Source: Patescibacteria group bacterium (lineage in GTDB: Bacteria; Patescibacteriota; Patescibacteriia; UBA10025; JAHIVO01). Taken from it: a DNA stretch of 64,000 nucleotides. Below, in pieces: positions 36,919 to 47,057 of the stretch. The notes beneath the pieces are model-generated. The model made no database searches. It saw nothing but the letters and a program-made list of their open reading frames with translations, and had not been told where the DNA came from. The translations under genes were made by a program, and so were the position numbers. The stretch's first letter is position 1. The number at the start of each line of letters is the position of its first letter. The stretch is taken from the NCBI GenBank assembly GCA_041660605.1, contig JBAZWB010000002.1, positions 170,408 to 234,407 of the forward strand, given 5' to 3'.

Positions 36919-39900
36919 ATTTATTAATCGGCCTGGCACAAAAATCGTTTTTTTCGGCTGCTTGCCTCCCAGCCATTTTTTAATCTTTTCACTGGCCAGT
37001 GCCCTCTCCTGCGCCTCTGTTTCAGAAATTCCGGCTGGCACAGTAAACTGGTCGCGCACCCTGCCGTTCACCTGCACCACGAGGGTTATTTCTGCTTTAA
37101 CAATCAATTTCGGATCAAATTCTGGCCATTTTTCATTAAAAATACTCTTCTTATGACCTAACTTTTCCCACAATTCTTCGGCCAAATGCGGGGCAAAAGG
37201 CGATAAAAGCACTAAAAATGTTTCATATGCTTCACGTGGAACAATTTCCTCGGAAAACCATTCATTACTGGCCTCCATAAAATGGCTGACACAGGTGTTA
37301 AATTTAAAATTTTCAATATCATTAGTAATAAACTTAATCAGGGTATGCAATGATCTTTTCCCCTTATTAAGCTCGACATCGGCCACATTTTCACCGGCTT
37401 TATAAAGCCTATCTAAAAACCGGCGCACACCAATAATCCCCTGCATATTCCACGGCTTGGCGTCCTCAAACGGCCCCATGAACATTTCATACATGCGCAT
37501 GGTATCCGCGCCGTATTTTTCTATTACCTCGTCGGGATTAACGACGTTACCGCGCGACTTGGACATCTTTTGCCCGTCTTCTCCGAGGATTAATCCCTGA
37601 TTTTTTAATTTTTTAAACGGCTCATCTCCGCATTTCTCCGGCACCGCTTTGATATCAAATAAAAACTTGTAAATAAACCGCGCGTACAGCAGATGTAAAA
37701 CTGCGTGCTCTGCCCCGCCGATATATAGATTAACCGGCAGCCACTTCTTTAATTTCTCAGGATCAGCCAGTTGCTTATCATTATGCGCATCACAGTAGCG
37801 CAGGAAATACCAGTTTGACCCGGCCCATTGCGGCATGGTATTGGTCTCGCGTCTGGCCGGACCCCCGCACTGCGGACATTTGACGTTTACCCATTCTTTA
37901 ATATTGGCCAGCGGCGATTCGCCTGTGCCGGTGGGCTCGTATTTTTTTACGTCAGGAAGCAGTACCGGCAAATCTTTCTCCGGAACAGGCACCTGGCCGC
38001 ATATCTCACAATGTATGATCGGTATTGGTTCACCCCAATACCGTTGTCGGCTAAATAGCCAATCGCGTAGTTTGTAATTAATCGTAGCTTGAGCAACTGA
38101 TGAATTTGACGAGCTTTTCGGAAAGAATGGTAATATTTCCGGTAATGATGTCACACCTCCGGTAGATTCGCTGAAATGCGATTTACCTGGCATACAATGA
38201 ATCTCGGCTTCTGGAAGGTTTTCCTTATAATATGCCATGCTTTCGGGAGGAACGTATGGATCATTATCCGAGTGGATAATTATGAACCGTTTTGCCAGCG
38301 AGCGTATTTTTGGCCAATTAAAATTTTGGGCGCTGCTCATGTTCTTGACCGCGTCCCAATCGGCTTGGGGATACTTTTGCTTGAGTTGCGGCCAATATTG
38401 TAATGGATTTGTCGGCGCAACCAAAATAACCGTATCAACTTTTTTTTCTAATTGTTGTAGGTGAAATAAAATCGAAGCGCACCCTAGGCTATGCCCAACC
38501 AATACGGAATTTTCATTGATTCGCTGGTCGAACTGTCCAAGATACTCGTCCCATGAATTTAAAACCGGGTGGCCTGCGCCAGGCATAGTCGGGACTATCG
38601 TCTCCCAGCCGGCTTTATTAAGCTCCTCTTTCAGCCAAGGAAACCAATTTTCCCGTTTATGACCGCTGATCCCGTGAACGATAAGGCAGGCATTATGGAC
38701 CTGTTCTGTTTTGGAATTTAGCCACTCCACGATTTTTTTCCGGCCTTGTTCGCTGGAAATGCCGTTGAACTGCCCGGAATTAACCATCGTGCCGTCGCCG
38801 GTCCAGCATTGGCTCTCTAGATCCGCTTCTTTCACGCCCCAGGCAGACGCACTGCCCAGAGACGGATAGGTTTTCGGCATTACCGACGGGGGTTTGATGA
38901 CCTGGATAATTGGTAATTTAAACTTTTTGGCGAATTCAAAATCACGTTCGTCGTGAGCGGGGACAGCCATGATCGCTCCGGTGCCGTAAGTTGATAAAAC
39001 GTAATCCGCGATCCAGACCGGTATTTTCGCGTTATTAACGGGATTAATGGCGTAAGCGCCGGTGAACACCCCGGTTTTTTCCTTGGCTAAGTCTGTTCTT
39101 TCTAAATCAGACTTGGCGGCAGATTCTTTTTTGTATTTTTCCACAGCTTTAAATTGTTTCTCGGTCGTGATCAAATCAACCAGCTCGTGCTCTGGTGACA
39201 AAACCATATAGGTAGCACCAAACAACGTGTCAGGACGGGTAGTAAACACGGAGATAACCTTGAACTTAGAACTTAGAACTTCTGATAACTTACGACGCGG
39301 TTCTTTGTTCCCAGTCCAAAGTTCAAAGTTAACAATCGCTCCTTCCGACCGGCCAATCCAATTCCGTTGCAATGTTTTAATAGATTCCGGCCAGTCCAAA
39401 TCGTCCAAGCCGTGCAATAGCCGCTCAATGTATTTTTCATCGGTAATTTTCACCAGCCACTGCTTGATTTTCTTTTTCACCACCGGTGTGCCGCAACGCT
39501 CGCATTTGCCGTTAATTACCTCTTCATTAGCCAGACCGGTTTTGTCTTTTGGACACCAGTTAATGGGAGCGTAACTTTCATAAGCTAAGCCATGTTTGAA
39601 AAGCTGCAGAAAAATCCACTGCGTCCATTTATAATATTCTGGATCAGAGGTGATGACTTCACGTTTCCAGTCATAGGAAAAACCCAGGCTTTTTATCTGC
39701 CGGCGCATGTTATTAATATTTTTTGCGGTGGTAGTAGCTGGATGTGTACCGGTTTTGATGGCATAATTTTCTGCCGGCAGGCCAAAAGAATCAAAGCCCA
39801 TTGGGTGCAGGACATGATAACCCTTCATCCTATAAAACCGCGCGACAATGTCCGAAGCGGTATACCCCTCGGGGTGTCCGACATGCAAGCCCTGGGCGGA

Positions 39901-40047
39901 AGGATAGGGGAACATATCCAAAACATAAAATTTGGGAGACGAGCTGTTTTCTTTCGTGTCCCAAATTCCTTCCTGCTCCCATTGCTTCTGCCACTTTTTT
40001 TCTACCCGACTGCTGTCGTATTTTATATTCATAACTGATTGAATCAT
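36907..40047 (-). CDS. leuS: leucine--tRNA ligase (LeuRS) carrying an inserted alpha/beta-hydrolase domain (1046 aa)
   Basis: The HIGH motif is HVGHPEGY and the KMSKS motif is QKMSKSRGN. The CP1 editing domain is present ([19 protein letters not shown] ... [15 protein letters not shown]), as is the [19 protein letters not shown] segment. The protein is ~190 aa longer than typical bacterial LeuRS because of an insertion at aa ~450-640. Confidence 0.9.
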   Translation of the reverse strand: MIQSVMNIKYDSSRVEKKWQKQWEQEGIWDTKENSSSPKFYVLDMFPYPSAQGLHVGHPEGYTASDIVARFYRMKGYHVLHPMGFDSFGLPAENYAIKTGTHPATTTAKNINNMRRQIKSLGFSYDWKREVITSDPEYYKWTQWIFLQLFKHGLAYESYAPINWCPKDKTGLANEEVINGKCERCGTPVVKKKIKQWLVKITDEKYIERLLHGLDDLDWPESIKTLQRNWIGRSEGAIVNFELWTGNKEPRRKLSEVLSSKFKVISVFTTRPDTLFGATYMVLSPEHELVDLITTEKQFKAVEKYKKESAAKSDLERTDLAKEKTGVFTGAYAINPVNNAKIPVWIADYVLSTYGTGAIMAVPAHDERDFEFAKKFKLPIIQVIKPPSVMPKTYPSLGSASAWGVKEADLESQCWTGDGTMVNSGQFNGISSEQGRKKIVEWLNSKTEQVHNACLIVHGISGHKRENWFPWLKEELNKAGWETIVPTMPGAGHPVLNSWDEYLGQFDQRINENSVLVGHSLGCASILFHLQQLEKKVDTVILVAPTNPLQYWPQLKQKYPQADWDAVKNMSSAQNFNWPKIRSLAKRFIIIHSDNDPYVPPESMAYYKENLPEAEIHCMPGKSHFSESTGGVTSLPEILPFFPKSSSNSSVAQATINYKLRDWLFSRQRYWGEPIPIIHCEICGQVPVPEKDLPVLLPDVKKYEPTGTGESPLANIKEWVNVKCPQCGGPARRETNTMPQWAGSNWYFLRYCDAHNDKQLADPEKLKKWLPVNLYIGGAEHAVLHLLYARFIYKFLFDIKAVPEKCGDEPFKKLKNQGLILGEDGQKMSKSRGNVVNPDEVIEKYGADTMRMYEMFMGPFEDAKPWNMQGIIGVRRFLDRLYKAGENVADVELNKGKRSLHTLIKFITNDIENFKFNTCVSHFMEASNEWFSEEIVPREAYETFLVLLSPFAPHLAEELWEKLGHKKSIFNEKWPEFDPKLIVKAEITLVVQVNGRVRDQFTVPAGISETEAQERALASEKIKKWLGGKQPKKTIFVPGRLINFVV
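38127..38700 (-). other. alpha/beta-hydrolase (YdeN/RBBP9-like serine hydrolase) domain embedded in LeuRS between the CP1 editing domain and the catalytic core
   Basis: The segment [14 protein letters not shown]...[13 protein letters not shown]...[12 protein letters not shown]...MPGKSHFSE has an HG oxyanion motif, the GHSLG nucleophile elbow, and Asp and His in the canonical triad order. It is in frame and flanked by LeuRS sequence on both sides. Confidence 0.75.
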
Positions 40048-40111
40048 ATCATTTTAATAGCTCAATTTCAAGCCATTAGACCGCTGAAAATATAGCGGCT
40101 GGCATGCATTA

Positions 40112-40140
40112 TTGACCAAAAAATACTCCTCTGCTACTAT
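40112..40140 (+). promoter_or_regulatory. candidate sigma70-type promoter (TTGACC-17 nt-TACTAT) upstream of the CDP-alcohol phosphatidyltransferase gene, in the divergent leuS intergenic region
   Basis: The hexamers and spacing are read from the sequence. It lies ~50 nt upstream of the ATG at 40190. The same TTGACC-17-TA.TAT arrangement recurs at 48718-48746. Confidence 0.35.
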
Positions 40141-40189
40141 GCATTAATAAATTGCACATATACAATTCAACCGCGGAAGGGATAAGCCC

Positions 40190-41071
40190 ATGAAAAAATG
40201 GTTCCGTTTTATTGACCATTTCAGGTTTATTCCTGAATGGATCAGCGTACTAAGACAAGAATTCAAACTCTCAAATCTCAAAATGTGGGCGCTAATGCCG
40301 CCACTACTGGAGATGGACATAATTGATATTGAACAGAAGGAAATTGATCGTTATCAATTGATTCCTGGATCACTGGTACGTCTGGCACTTGGTCTGGTCA
40401 ACTCCATCGTGCGGCTTCTGGTGCGCTTCCATGTTAAGGCTGATCACATCACCATGGCTGGAGCATACCTTAGTCTGAACTCGCTGCCCCTGCTCGCTCA
40501 GGGATATTTTACCTGGGGCGCCATACTGCTCCTGGCCGGCGGCCTGTGTGATTTGCTTGATGGAGCGGTCGCGCGCCTATCAAATACATGCTCACCCGTA
40601 AGCCAACGAAAGGACTTCCTGGCGGATAGGCTCTCGGATGCCGCGCCATTAGTAGGATTATTTTGCTTCTTCAGCAACGGAGACAATAACATGCTCCATA
40701 GTGCGCTCGCCGCGGGGGCACTGGAGATAAGTCTCAGGATAAGCTACATCAAGCGACTGGCCCTCCAAATCAAATTATACAAGCCCTGCGCCGGCATACT
40801 ACAGCGCCAGCATCGCCTCCTCCTACTCGTGTTCGGCCTCCTCTTATGTGGCGCGTATCCGCTACCACCGCAAGTTGCTACGCCCACCGTATTGTTCTTT
40901 TTCGGCCCGCAGGTAATTCTCGTGTGGCCACTAACCCTAGTGCTGATAATTATTCTACTACTAGGTACTATCACGTTTACGCAGCGGCTGGTCTCTGCAA
41001 TCCTCGGCACTGCAAACCTGCGGACAATACTGTCTATATTCCGTGGTGAAACGAGTCCACGAGCTGAGTAG
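40190..41071 (+). CDS. CDP-alcohol phosphatidyltransferase family membrane protein (293 aa)
   Basis: It matches the D-G-x2-A-R-x8-[GS]-x3-D-x3-D motif in DLLDGAVARLSNTCSPVSQRKDFLADRLSD. Multiple TM segments are present. Confidence 0.6.
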   Translation: MKKWFRFIDHFRFIPEWISVLRQEFKLSNLKMWALMPPLLEMDIIDIEQKEIDRYQLIPGSLVRLALGLVNSIVRLLVRFHVKADHITMAGAYLSLNSLPLLAQGYFTWGAILLLAGGLCDLLDGAVARLSNTCSPVSQRKDFLADRLSDAAPLVGLFCFFSNGDNNMLHSALAAGALEISLRISYIKRLALQIKLYKPCAGILQRQHRLLLLVFGLLLCGAYPLPPQVATPTVLFFFGPQVILVWPLTLVLIIILLLGTITFTQRLVSAILGTANLRTILSIFRGETSPRAE

Positions 41072-41357
41072 TACCACTCCCTATGTGGGTATGGAGCTCC
41101 AAGAATGAGTCTTCGTAACGGGCGGTTGTTATACGCAACTGACCCGTTTTTTTATGTCAAAAAACTTTTTGTCTTATTTCCTCCCAGGCAATAATCATCT
41201 ATCGCTCATACACCCCCTGTATTGACACGGCTATAATCTTATGATATTATTCCCAATTGAAACTACGGCTCCACCGATATCAAGTAAGTTTAGCTAAAAA
41301 TACCATTAACCATCAAAATATATTACTCTCAGAGTAAAATCACTAGGCCTAAAAATA

Positions 41358-42659
41358 TTGCTGCGGATTTTGGAGGTATTTATTTTAATCGGCAGGGGCA
41401 TAGAATATATTTTCTTTAACATAATAATCAGGCCATTAATTACAGTGGCCAGATTTTTGTTCAGGCATTTTCTGATCCATATCTATCGCCTATACCTGCT
41501 CGTTTCAAAAGAACTGAATAAAATATTTGCGCCAGCCAAAAATAAGATTTTTTATCCTTTGCTGAATAAATCCACGATACACGTGGCTTTAATTTTTATC
41601 GGTCTCGCTGTGCTGGTGAATAATTTCGTCATCCATGACACGCAGGCCGAAGAATTCGGGAAAAATACCATTTTAGCTTCAGTCGTTTCGGACGCTCAGG
41701 ATATAGAAATAACTGAAAAAGCGGCTTTACCGGCTCCAAGCAAACCAGTAAACTATTATCAAATCGCCGGTACACTGACCCTGGCCAGTGCTTCAAGAAA
41801 TGAAACAGCCTCTGAAAGCGGAGGAGAAAATGAAATAATAACTACGGCTAACAGCGCCGCTCTGGTGAACCCCGGGCTGTCCCAGACTACGATCGGCAAC
41901 CGTCCGCGGGAAGCAGTGGCCTACTATACCGTCGAGGGCGGTGACACGATAAGCACTATTGCGGAAAAATTTGGGATTTCGTCAAATACTATTTTATGGG
42001 AAAATAAGCTTGGCCCGCGCGATTACATTAAACCAGGGGAAAAGCTGACCATTCTGCCGATGTCAGGCGTCTCACACCAGGTGCAATCAGGGGACACCCT
42101 GGACAAGATAGCCAAGAAATACAGCGTTACGACTGATGAAATCTTACAATACAATAAATTGGCAGACGCCTCGGCCATTGAAAAAAATCAAATTCTGGTA
42201 ATCCCCGGCGGAGTGATGCCTGAAGAACCGAAGCCAAAGCCGCAGGCAAGCTCCTCGGGATTTGCGTTATTTAATATTCCGCCGCCGGCTTCATCCAGCA
42301 GCGGGACAAAACTGCAGTGGCCGACCACCGGACACAGGATCAGCCAATATTATAGGATTGGCCATCCCGCTATTGATATAACCGGTAATTACAGCCAGCC
42401 TATTTATGCTGCTGATGACGGGCGGGCTGAGGCAGTCGGCTGGGGAACCGGCTACGGCAACCGCATAATCTTGAACCACGGCAACGGGATTAAAACCTTG
42501 TATGGCCACGCCTCAAAAATTTTCATAAAAACCGGCGACTATGTTAAGCGAGGCCAGACTATCGGCATGATCGGCTGCACAGGCTGGTGCACCGGTCCAC
42601 ATATCCATTTCGAAGTTATCGTCAACGGCGCCAAGCCAAACCCCCTTTCTTACCTATAA
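41358..42659 (+). CDS. LysM-domain M23 family metallopeptidase (peptidoglycan hydrolase), membrane anchored
   Basis: Two LysM motifs are present (YYTVEGGDTISTIAEKFGIS and HQVQSGDTLDKIAKKYSVT). The C-terminal M23 signature is LNHGNGIKTLYGHASKIFIKTGDYVKRGQTIG...HIHFEV. Confidence 0.85.
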   Translation: MLRILEVFILIGRGIEYIFFNIIIRPLITVARFLFRHFLIHIYRLYLLVSKELNKIFAPAKNKIFYPLLNKSTIHVALIFIGLAVLVNNFVIHDTQAEEFGKNTILASVVSDAQDIEITEKAALPAPSKPVNYYQIAGTLTLASASRNETASESGGENEIITTANSAALVNPGLSQTTIGNRPREAVAYYTVEGGDTISTIAEKFGISSNTILWENKLGPRDYIKPGEKLTILPMSGVSHQVQSGDTLDKIAKKYSVTTDEILQYNKLADASAIEKNQILVIPGGVMPEEPKPKPQASSSGFALFNIPPPASSSSGTKLQWPTTGHRISQYYRIGHPAIDITGNYSQPIYAADDGRAEAVGWGTGYGNRIILNHGNGIKTLYGHASKIFIKTGDYVKRGQTIGMIGCTGWCTGPHIHFEVIVNGAKPNPLSYL

Positions 42660-42712
42660 TTTTATCGCCAAAAAAAGCTCCTGATTTGTAGATCGAAGCT
42701 TTTTATTATTTA

Positions 42713-43555
42713 CTATTTTTTCTGCGCTAAAACTTTTCTGATTTTTTCTATAATTTCATCAATAGTAAAATTTGATTTTATCAGATAATCATCGGCTCCC
42801 AAAGCTCTGCCTTTTTCAATATCCGCTTCCTGGCCTAAATTTGACAGTAAAATAACCGGCGTGCGGGCAATGGACATATTCGGATTGATCCTCACGCGTT
42901 TTAATATTTCGAAGCCATCAAGACCGGGAAGGATAATGTCCAGTAACACGACTTCCGGCCTTGTTTCAGTTATTTTTTCCAATCCGCCCGGACCGTCAAT
43001 AGCCGAAGTAACTCCAAAATTTTCCCGTTGCAGCTTGGTTATCAGCAAATCACGTAAAAATTGATCATCCTCAACCACCAAAACGTCAGCTTCTTTCGCT
43101 TTGCCCGAAGACACCGGTTTTACCATCGGCTTCGCCTCAACCTCGGCTTCCAATTCCTCGCCAAACTCACTTGATTGGCCCATTAACTTATTTACTTTGC
43201 TTATGACTTCTTCCGGCGTAAACTGTGCTTTTATAATATAATCCCTAGCCCCCAAATTTATAGCTTTATCAATTTCTACGGGCTGTCCGGAATTTGAAAT
43301 AATAATAACCGGAGGCATTTTATCCCGCCCATATTTTTCCTGCAATACGCCCAGTACCTCATAACCGTTCATTTTTGGCATGACAATATCCAATAAAATC
43401 AAATCCGGCTTCACTTTTTCAATAACATCCAGGCCTTTTTCCCCGTCCACGGCGGAAAAAACCTCATAATTCTCTTTATCAAGCTTTTTCTTCAGCACGT
43501 CAACAAGAATCTGCTCATCCTCAATTATTATTACTTTTCCTTTATTTTTTGCCAT
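42713..43555 (-). CDS. response regulator with two tandem receiver (REC) domains and no output domain
   Basis: REC1 is KVIIIEDEQ...DLILLDIVMPKMNGYEVL. REC2 is DVLVVEDDQ...VVLLDIILPGLDGFEIL. Both have the acidic pocket and the phospho-acceptor Asp. Confidence 0.8.
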   Translation of the reverse strand: MAKNKGKVIIIEDEQILVDVLKKKLDKENYEVFSAVDGEKGLDVIEKVKPDLILLDIVMPKMNGYEVLGVLQEKYGRDKMPPVIIISNSGQPVEIDKAINLGARDYIIKAQFTPEEVISKVNKLMGQSSEFGEELEAEVEAKPMVKPVSSGKAKEADVLVVEDDQFLRDLLITKLQRENFGVTSAIDGPGGLEKITETRPEVVLLDIILPGLDGFEILKRVRINPNMSIARTPVILLSNLGQEADIEKGRALGADDYLIKSNFTIDEIIEKIRKVLAQKK

Positions 43556-43582
43556 ATATTATTCTCTTAATTTTATTATACA

Positions 43583-44398
43583 CTATATTTTAGATTGAGT
43601 AACTTCCCCTTTTCTTTTATAAAGAATGCCGAAAAATATGATTAAAAAAGAAAACAGGGAAAATACTTCGGAAATGAAGGCAACCAGCGGAGTAGTGGCG
43701 ATATAATAGGTTAAAGCCGTGACAGTCAGCAGGGTCAGGCCGCTGCCGATAATTAACGAACGGGCGCGGACTATTTTTTCCTGCGAACGCCAGCCCTGCC
43801 GGAGAAAGAAAATCGCACTGGGGAAAAGCACTCCGCCAAAAATGATCAGACTGGAAATCCCCACCACCGGATTGATGTCCCAATTGATAATTCCCGTGAC
43901 GGAATTATAGGTAGGATACCCCAGATAGAAAATATTGAGCAAAGTGGCGATAGCGGAGAGAAAAATAACCACCCAGAAAGCGCGGGCGGCCCACTTTATA
44001 TTTATAAAAAACATGGTCACTTTTGAGAAATAAGCTATGGCAACGTAAAAGAAAGCATTGGCAATCATAAAACCAATGCCTATATAATAAGAATTATGCG
44101 GGGTAAAAATAAAAGGGAAAGAGAAAAAAATAAAAGAAAAAACCGTGGAAAAATATCCCTTAGAGAAATATAAAATCACCGGATTCCGGCCGCCGCCTTT
44201 TAAATAAGAACGATATAGTATCAGACTGCAAACACCGCAGATTATAGCGTTCGCTACATTAATAAAATTTGTAATGAATAAGGCCATATGTTTAAATGCT
44301 TTTAATAAACTTATCAAATTGCGTACCGGCCGAATATCTGCCCAACTCCACCGGCAGAGAAAAATAAAAAGTAGTGCCTTTGCCTTCCGTGCTTTCAA
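43583..44398 (-). CDS. polytopic membrane protein (about 235-270 aa). It probably starts at the internal Met at ~44287, just after the kinase stop
   Basis: Six to seven hydrophobic helices. The annotated ORF overlaps the kinase gene by ~100 nt, so a later start is likely. Confidence 0.45.
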   Translation of the reverse strand: MKARKAKALLFIFLCRWSWADIRPVRNLISLLKAFKHMALFITNFINVANAIICGVCSLILYRSYLKGGGRNPVILYFSKGYFSTVFSFIFFSFPFIFTPHNSYYIGIGFMIANAFFYVAIAYFSKVTMFFINIKWAARAFWVVIFLSAIATLLNIFYLGYPTYNSVTGIINWDINPVVGISSLIIFGGVLFPSAIFFLRQGWRSQEKIVRARSLIIGSGLTLLTVTALTYYIATTPLVAFISEVFSLFSFLIIFFGILYKRKGEVTQSKI

Positions 44399-45791
44399 AC
44401 CAGACAGTACCCTGATGATTTTCTACGATGCTTTTCACGATAAAAAGTCCAAGTCCGGAACCGTCGGTCTGCATGCGTATGACGTTATCTGCCCGAAAAA
44501 ATTTAGAAAAAATACGGCTTTGCTGGTAAGCAGGTATGCCCACACCGCCGTCAGCAATGCTGCAAATTACCTGATTTTCCTCATACAACATTGAGAGGAC
44601 GACCTTATTGCCTTTAGGCGTATATTTTATTGCGTTATCCAGCAAATTTTGCAGAACCAAGCGCATTTTTTGTGGATCAATATTGACCTTTGGCAGCGGT
44701 GATCTCGGTTTTTTATATTCAAACTTTATTGCTTTTTTCTTCACTACATTATACAGCTCCTGAACCACGCTTTCCACTACCTCCTCCAGGGACATATGAA
44801 TGAACCTGTATTGGAAGCGCCCCTCTTCAATCCGGGAAACATTCAGCAAGTCATTTATCAGCCCGATCATTCTCTCGTTAGTCTGGTACCCTTTGGCCAG
44901 CATTTCGCGCTGCTGGGGGTTTAACGGTCCCAGATCCCCGTCCAAAATCATGCGCAGCACCCACTTAGTGGCAGACAGAGGGGTTCTCATCTGATGGGAA
45001 GCGACCGAAATGAATTCGGTTTTCATCTGGTCGATCTCTTTTAAGCGCCTGTTCAGTTTTGAATAAACCTTATTCAGCCGGATTAATTCCTGATTCGCTT
45101 TCAATAACTCGCTTTCTACTGTGCTCAGGCTTCTGACCACATATCCGCTGCGATAAGTACTGATGCCCATCAGCCAGAGCATAGTGAATGAAGCGCCAAA
45201 AATATATGGCACATTCTGATATAAATTATCTTTAATAATGAATATCGCGTTGTGCGGCAGGATGCCGTAAAATTCCAGGATTATTACGGCGACAAACATT
45301 GAACCGCCGAATATCAAATTTAACGGAGCAGCGATAGAGCTGAAATGCACGTTGGTGCCGACTAACTGCAAAAGATATAGCGGCAAGAAAATACTTTCAA
45401 TTCCGCCGGTGGCATGGACGATCAAAGTAATGACGATCATATCCAGAAAAACACCGATGTATGGCCAAAATCTCGGGTAATTCACCGTTCTGAATACCAG
45501 GCCGGAAGTTAAATTATAAATAAAAGCAATAGTCACGGCAATCAGAATGCCAAAAAGGTCAAACTGAAAACCCGCCTCATATGAGATGAGGGAGATCAAA
45601 GCCACGACGGTAATCATTATATACCGCACGGCCACTGACCAGCGCATGCGCTTTAGTCTTTCCTCCGCTCCTATCGTCACCATATTCTTGCGCAAAGCGG
45701 TTATTTCCGCCTCCTCTTCGCTGCTTTTTTTATCCACCTCCTGGTCTTCGGAGTTATTTTTTTCCGATAGTATCGGACTGTTACCTTCCAT
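44292..45791 (-). CDS. sensor histidine kinase with an N-terminal multi-TM sensor domain
   Basis: The HisKA H-box is ISVASHQMRTPLS. The HATPase_c motifs are LLDNAIKYTP (N-box), DGGVGIP (G1) and GSGLGLFIVKSIV (G2). There are about 6 TM helices N-terminally. Confidence 0.85.
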   Translation of the reverse strand: MEGNSPILSEKNNSEDQEVDKKSSEEEAEITALRKNMVTIGAEERLKRMRWSVAVRYIMITVVALISLISYEAGFQFDLFGILIAVTIAFIYNLTSGLVFRTVNYPRFWPYIGVFLDMIVITLIVHATGGIESIFLPLYLLQLVGTNVHFSSIAAPLNLIFGGSMFVAVIILEFYGILPHNAIFIIKDNLYQNVPYIFGASFTMLWLMGISTYRSGYVVRSLSTVESELLKANQELIRLNKVYSKLNRRLKEIDQMKTEFISVASHQMRTPLSATKWVLRMILDGDLGPLNPQQREMLAKGYQTNERMIGLINDLLNVSRIEEGRFQYRFIHMSLEEVVESVVQELYNVVKKKAIKFEYKKPRSPLPKVNIDPQKMRLVLQNLLDNAIKYTPKGNKVVLSMLYEENQVICSIADGGVGIPAYQQSRIFSKFFRADNVIRMQTDGSGLGLFIVKSIVENHQGTVWFESTEGKGTTFYFSLPVELGRYSAGTQFDKFIKSI

Positions 45792-45980
45792 TGGTAATAT
45801 TTCGAAAAATTTGATAAACCAAATTTAATTATAACACATTTTTTTCAAAAAATCAATAGTAAAAATATTTTACTTAAATAGCCTGGCGATGATGTTTTAG
45901 GTAAGCAAGTGGATAGAAAGGCATATTGATGGTAAACTATAAATATAATTAATAAAGAGGAGTAGAGAGGGGGTGAATGA

Positions 45981-46733
45981 ATGAAAAAAATAATTGTGGT
46001 TTTCATTGTTGTAGTTGCCTCAACTATGTTGACAGCGGGAATTGTCCGGGCGGCCGCTTCTCATAACATCACCAGCGCACTTGGCGGCGTAGCAGGAGAT
46101 TCTTTTTCTTTGGATGGCACGCTGGCCACCAGTTCTCTGCGAGTCGGCAGCCAGGGCACCGGCGGTGTTACATATTTTAACGGAACCATTGTAAATACTA
46201 CGACCGGTACAGGCGGAACGGACAACCCCGTCACCTTCGGCGATAACGTCCGTGTTGACGGCCGGGTTTACCGCGGAGCTACAGCTGGTACAGCTGACTC
46301 ATTGCCATTTATTGTCAATGACAACATGGAGGTAGCAGGTACTTTAACCATTGGGGGCAAGGATGCTACGACAAAAACAGTACTGTCTGGTTCCCTAGAT
46401 TTAACCGCTGCCGGTGATGAGACTATAGAATATGATTACAGCGCTGACTGCATAGCAGAATATCCTGAAGGAGTAGCAAAGTATACCTATCACTATAGAA
46501 AAATTTTAGTTCCAGATTTAAGTGTTGATAATCCCATGGAATTGCGAGTTTTCACCTCAGTGGATGCGACTAGCGGACAGCTCGACCTGGAAAACCAATG
46601 GGTATCGGCGGGCTATACAATGACTGATGGCGCAATTTATGTTTATTTTAAATCCGAGACCCAATTGTGTGGTGGATCGAGTACTGTTGGATATGGCACT
46701 ACTGGTGATTACAAGGTAGTAATTGTGGATTGA
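45981..46733 (+). CDS. secreted Gly/Thr-rich hypothetical protein (250 aa) with a signal peptide
   Basis: The signal peptide is MKKIIVVFIVVVASTMLTAGIVRAAAS. A strong RBS (GGAGTAGAGAGGGGG) lies upstream. Confidence 0.6.
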   Translation: MKKIIVVFIVVVASTMLTAGIVRAAASHNITSALGGVAGDSFSLDGTLATSSLRVGSQGTGGVTYFNGTIVNTTTGTGGTDNPVTFGDNVRVDGRVYRGATAGTADSLPFIVNDNMEVAGTLTIGGKDATTKTVLSGSLDLTAAGDETIEYDYSADCIAEYPEGVAKYTYHYRKILVPDLSVDNPMELRVFTSVDATSGQLDLENQWVSAGYTMTDGAIYVYFKSETQLCGGSSTVGYGTTGDYKVVIVD

Positions 46734-46767
46734 TGGTAACTAAGCTTTTAAGAAAATAAAGGACTTC

Positions 46768-46800
46768 CGATCAGCTCGGGAGTTCTTTATGTTTAATGAA
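46768..46800 (+). terminator. rho-independent terminator after the secreted-protein gene
   Basis: GGACUUCCGA-ucagc-UCGGGAGUUC forms a 10-bp stem (with G-U pairs) followed by UUUAUGUUU. Confidence 0.45.
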
Positions 46801-47057
46801 TATTTTATAAATATGATGACCAAAGCCAGTCTTCAGAATTTTTACATAAACCGGCCTTAACGGGATTCAAATGAATATAATTAATCTTTTCTGTTAATTT
46901 TTTATCAGAATAAATATTGAAATCGTAAAACGAGAGCTGCCAGATTTTGTTTTCAATCGGGGTATGTACCGCTCCTGCATCTTTCCATTTGTAACCCGCG
47001 GGTAGCGGCGAGCCCGCCCGCCTCTGGGACGGGTGCGGTGTGTTTAGAAAAAACGTA

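Noticed and set aside
38127-38700. Intein or sequencing chimera as the explanation for the LeuRS insertion
   Set aside because: The insert has alpha/beta-hydrolase motifs, not intein blocks: it has no Cys/Ser at the N-terminal junction, no C-terminal HN+Cys/Ser/Thr, and no homing-endonuclease motifs. The reading frame is continuous, with genuine LeuRS motifs on both sides.
43583-44398. Full 271-codon extent of the membrane-protein ORF
   Set aside because: Its first ~37 codons overlap the 3' end of the histidine-kinase gene. An internal Met at ~44287 with hydrophobic sequence following is the more plausible start.
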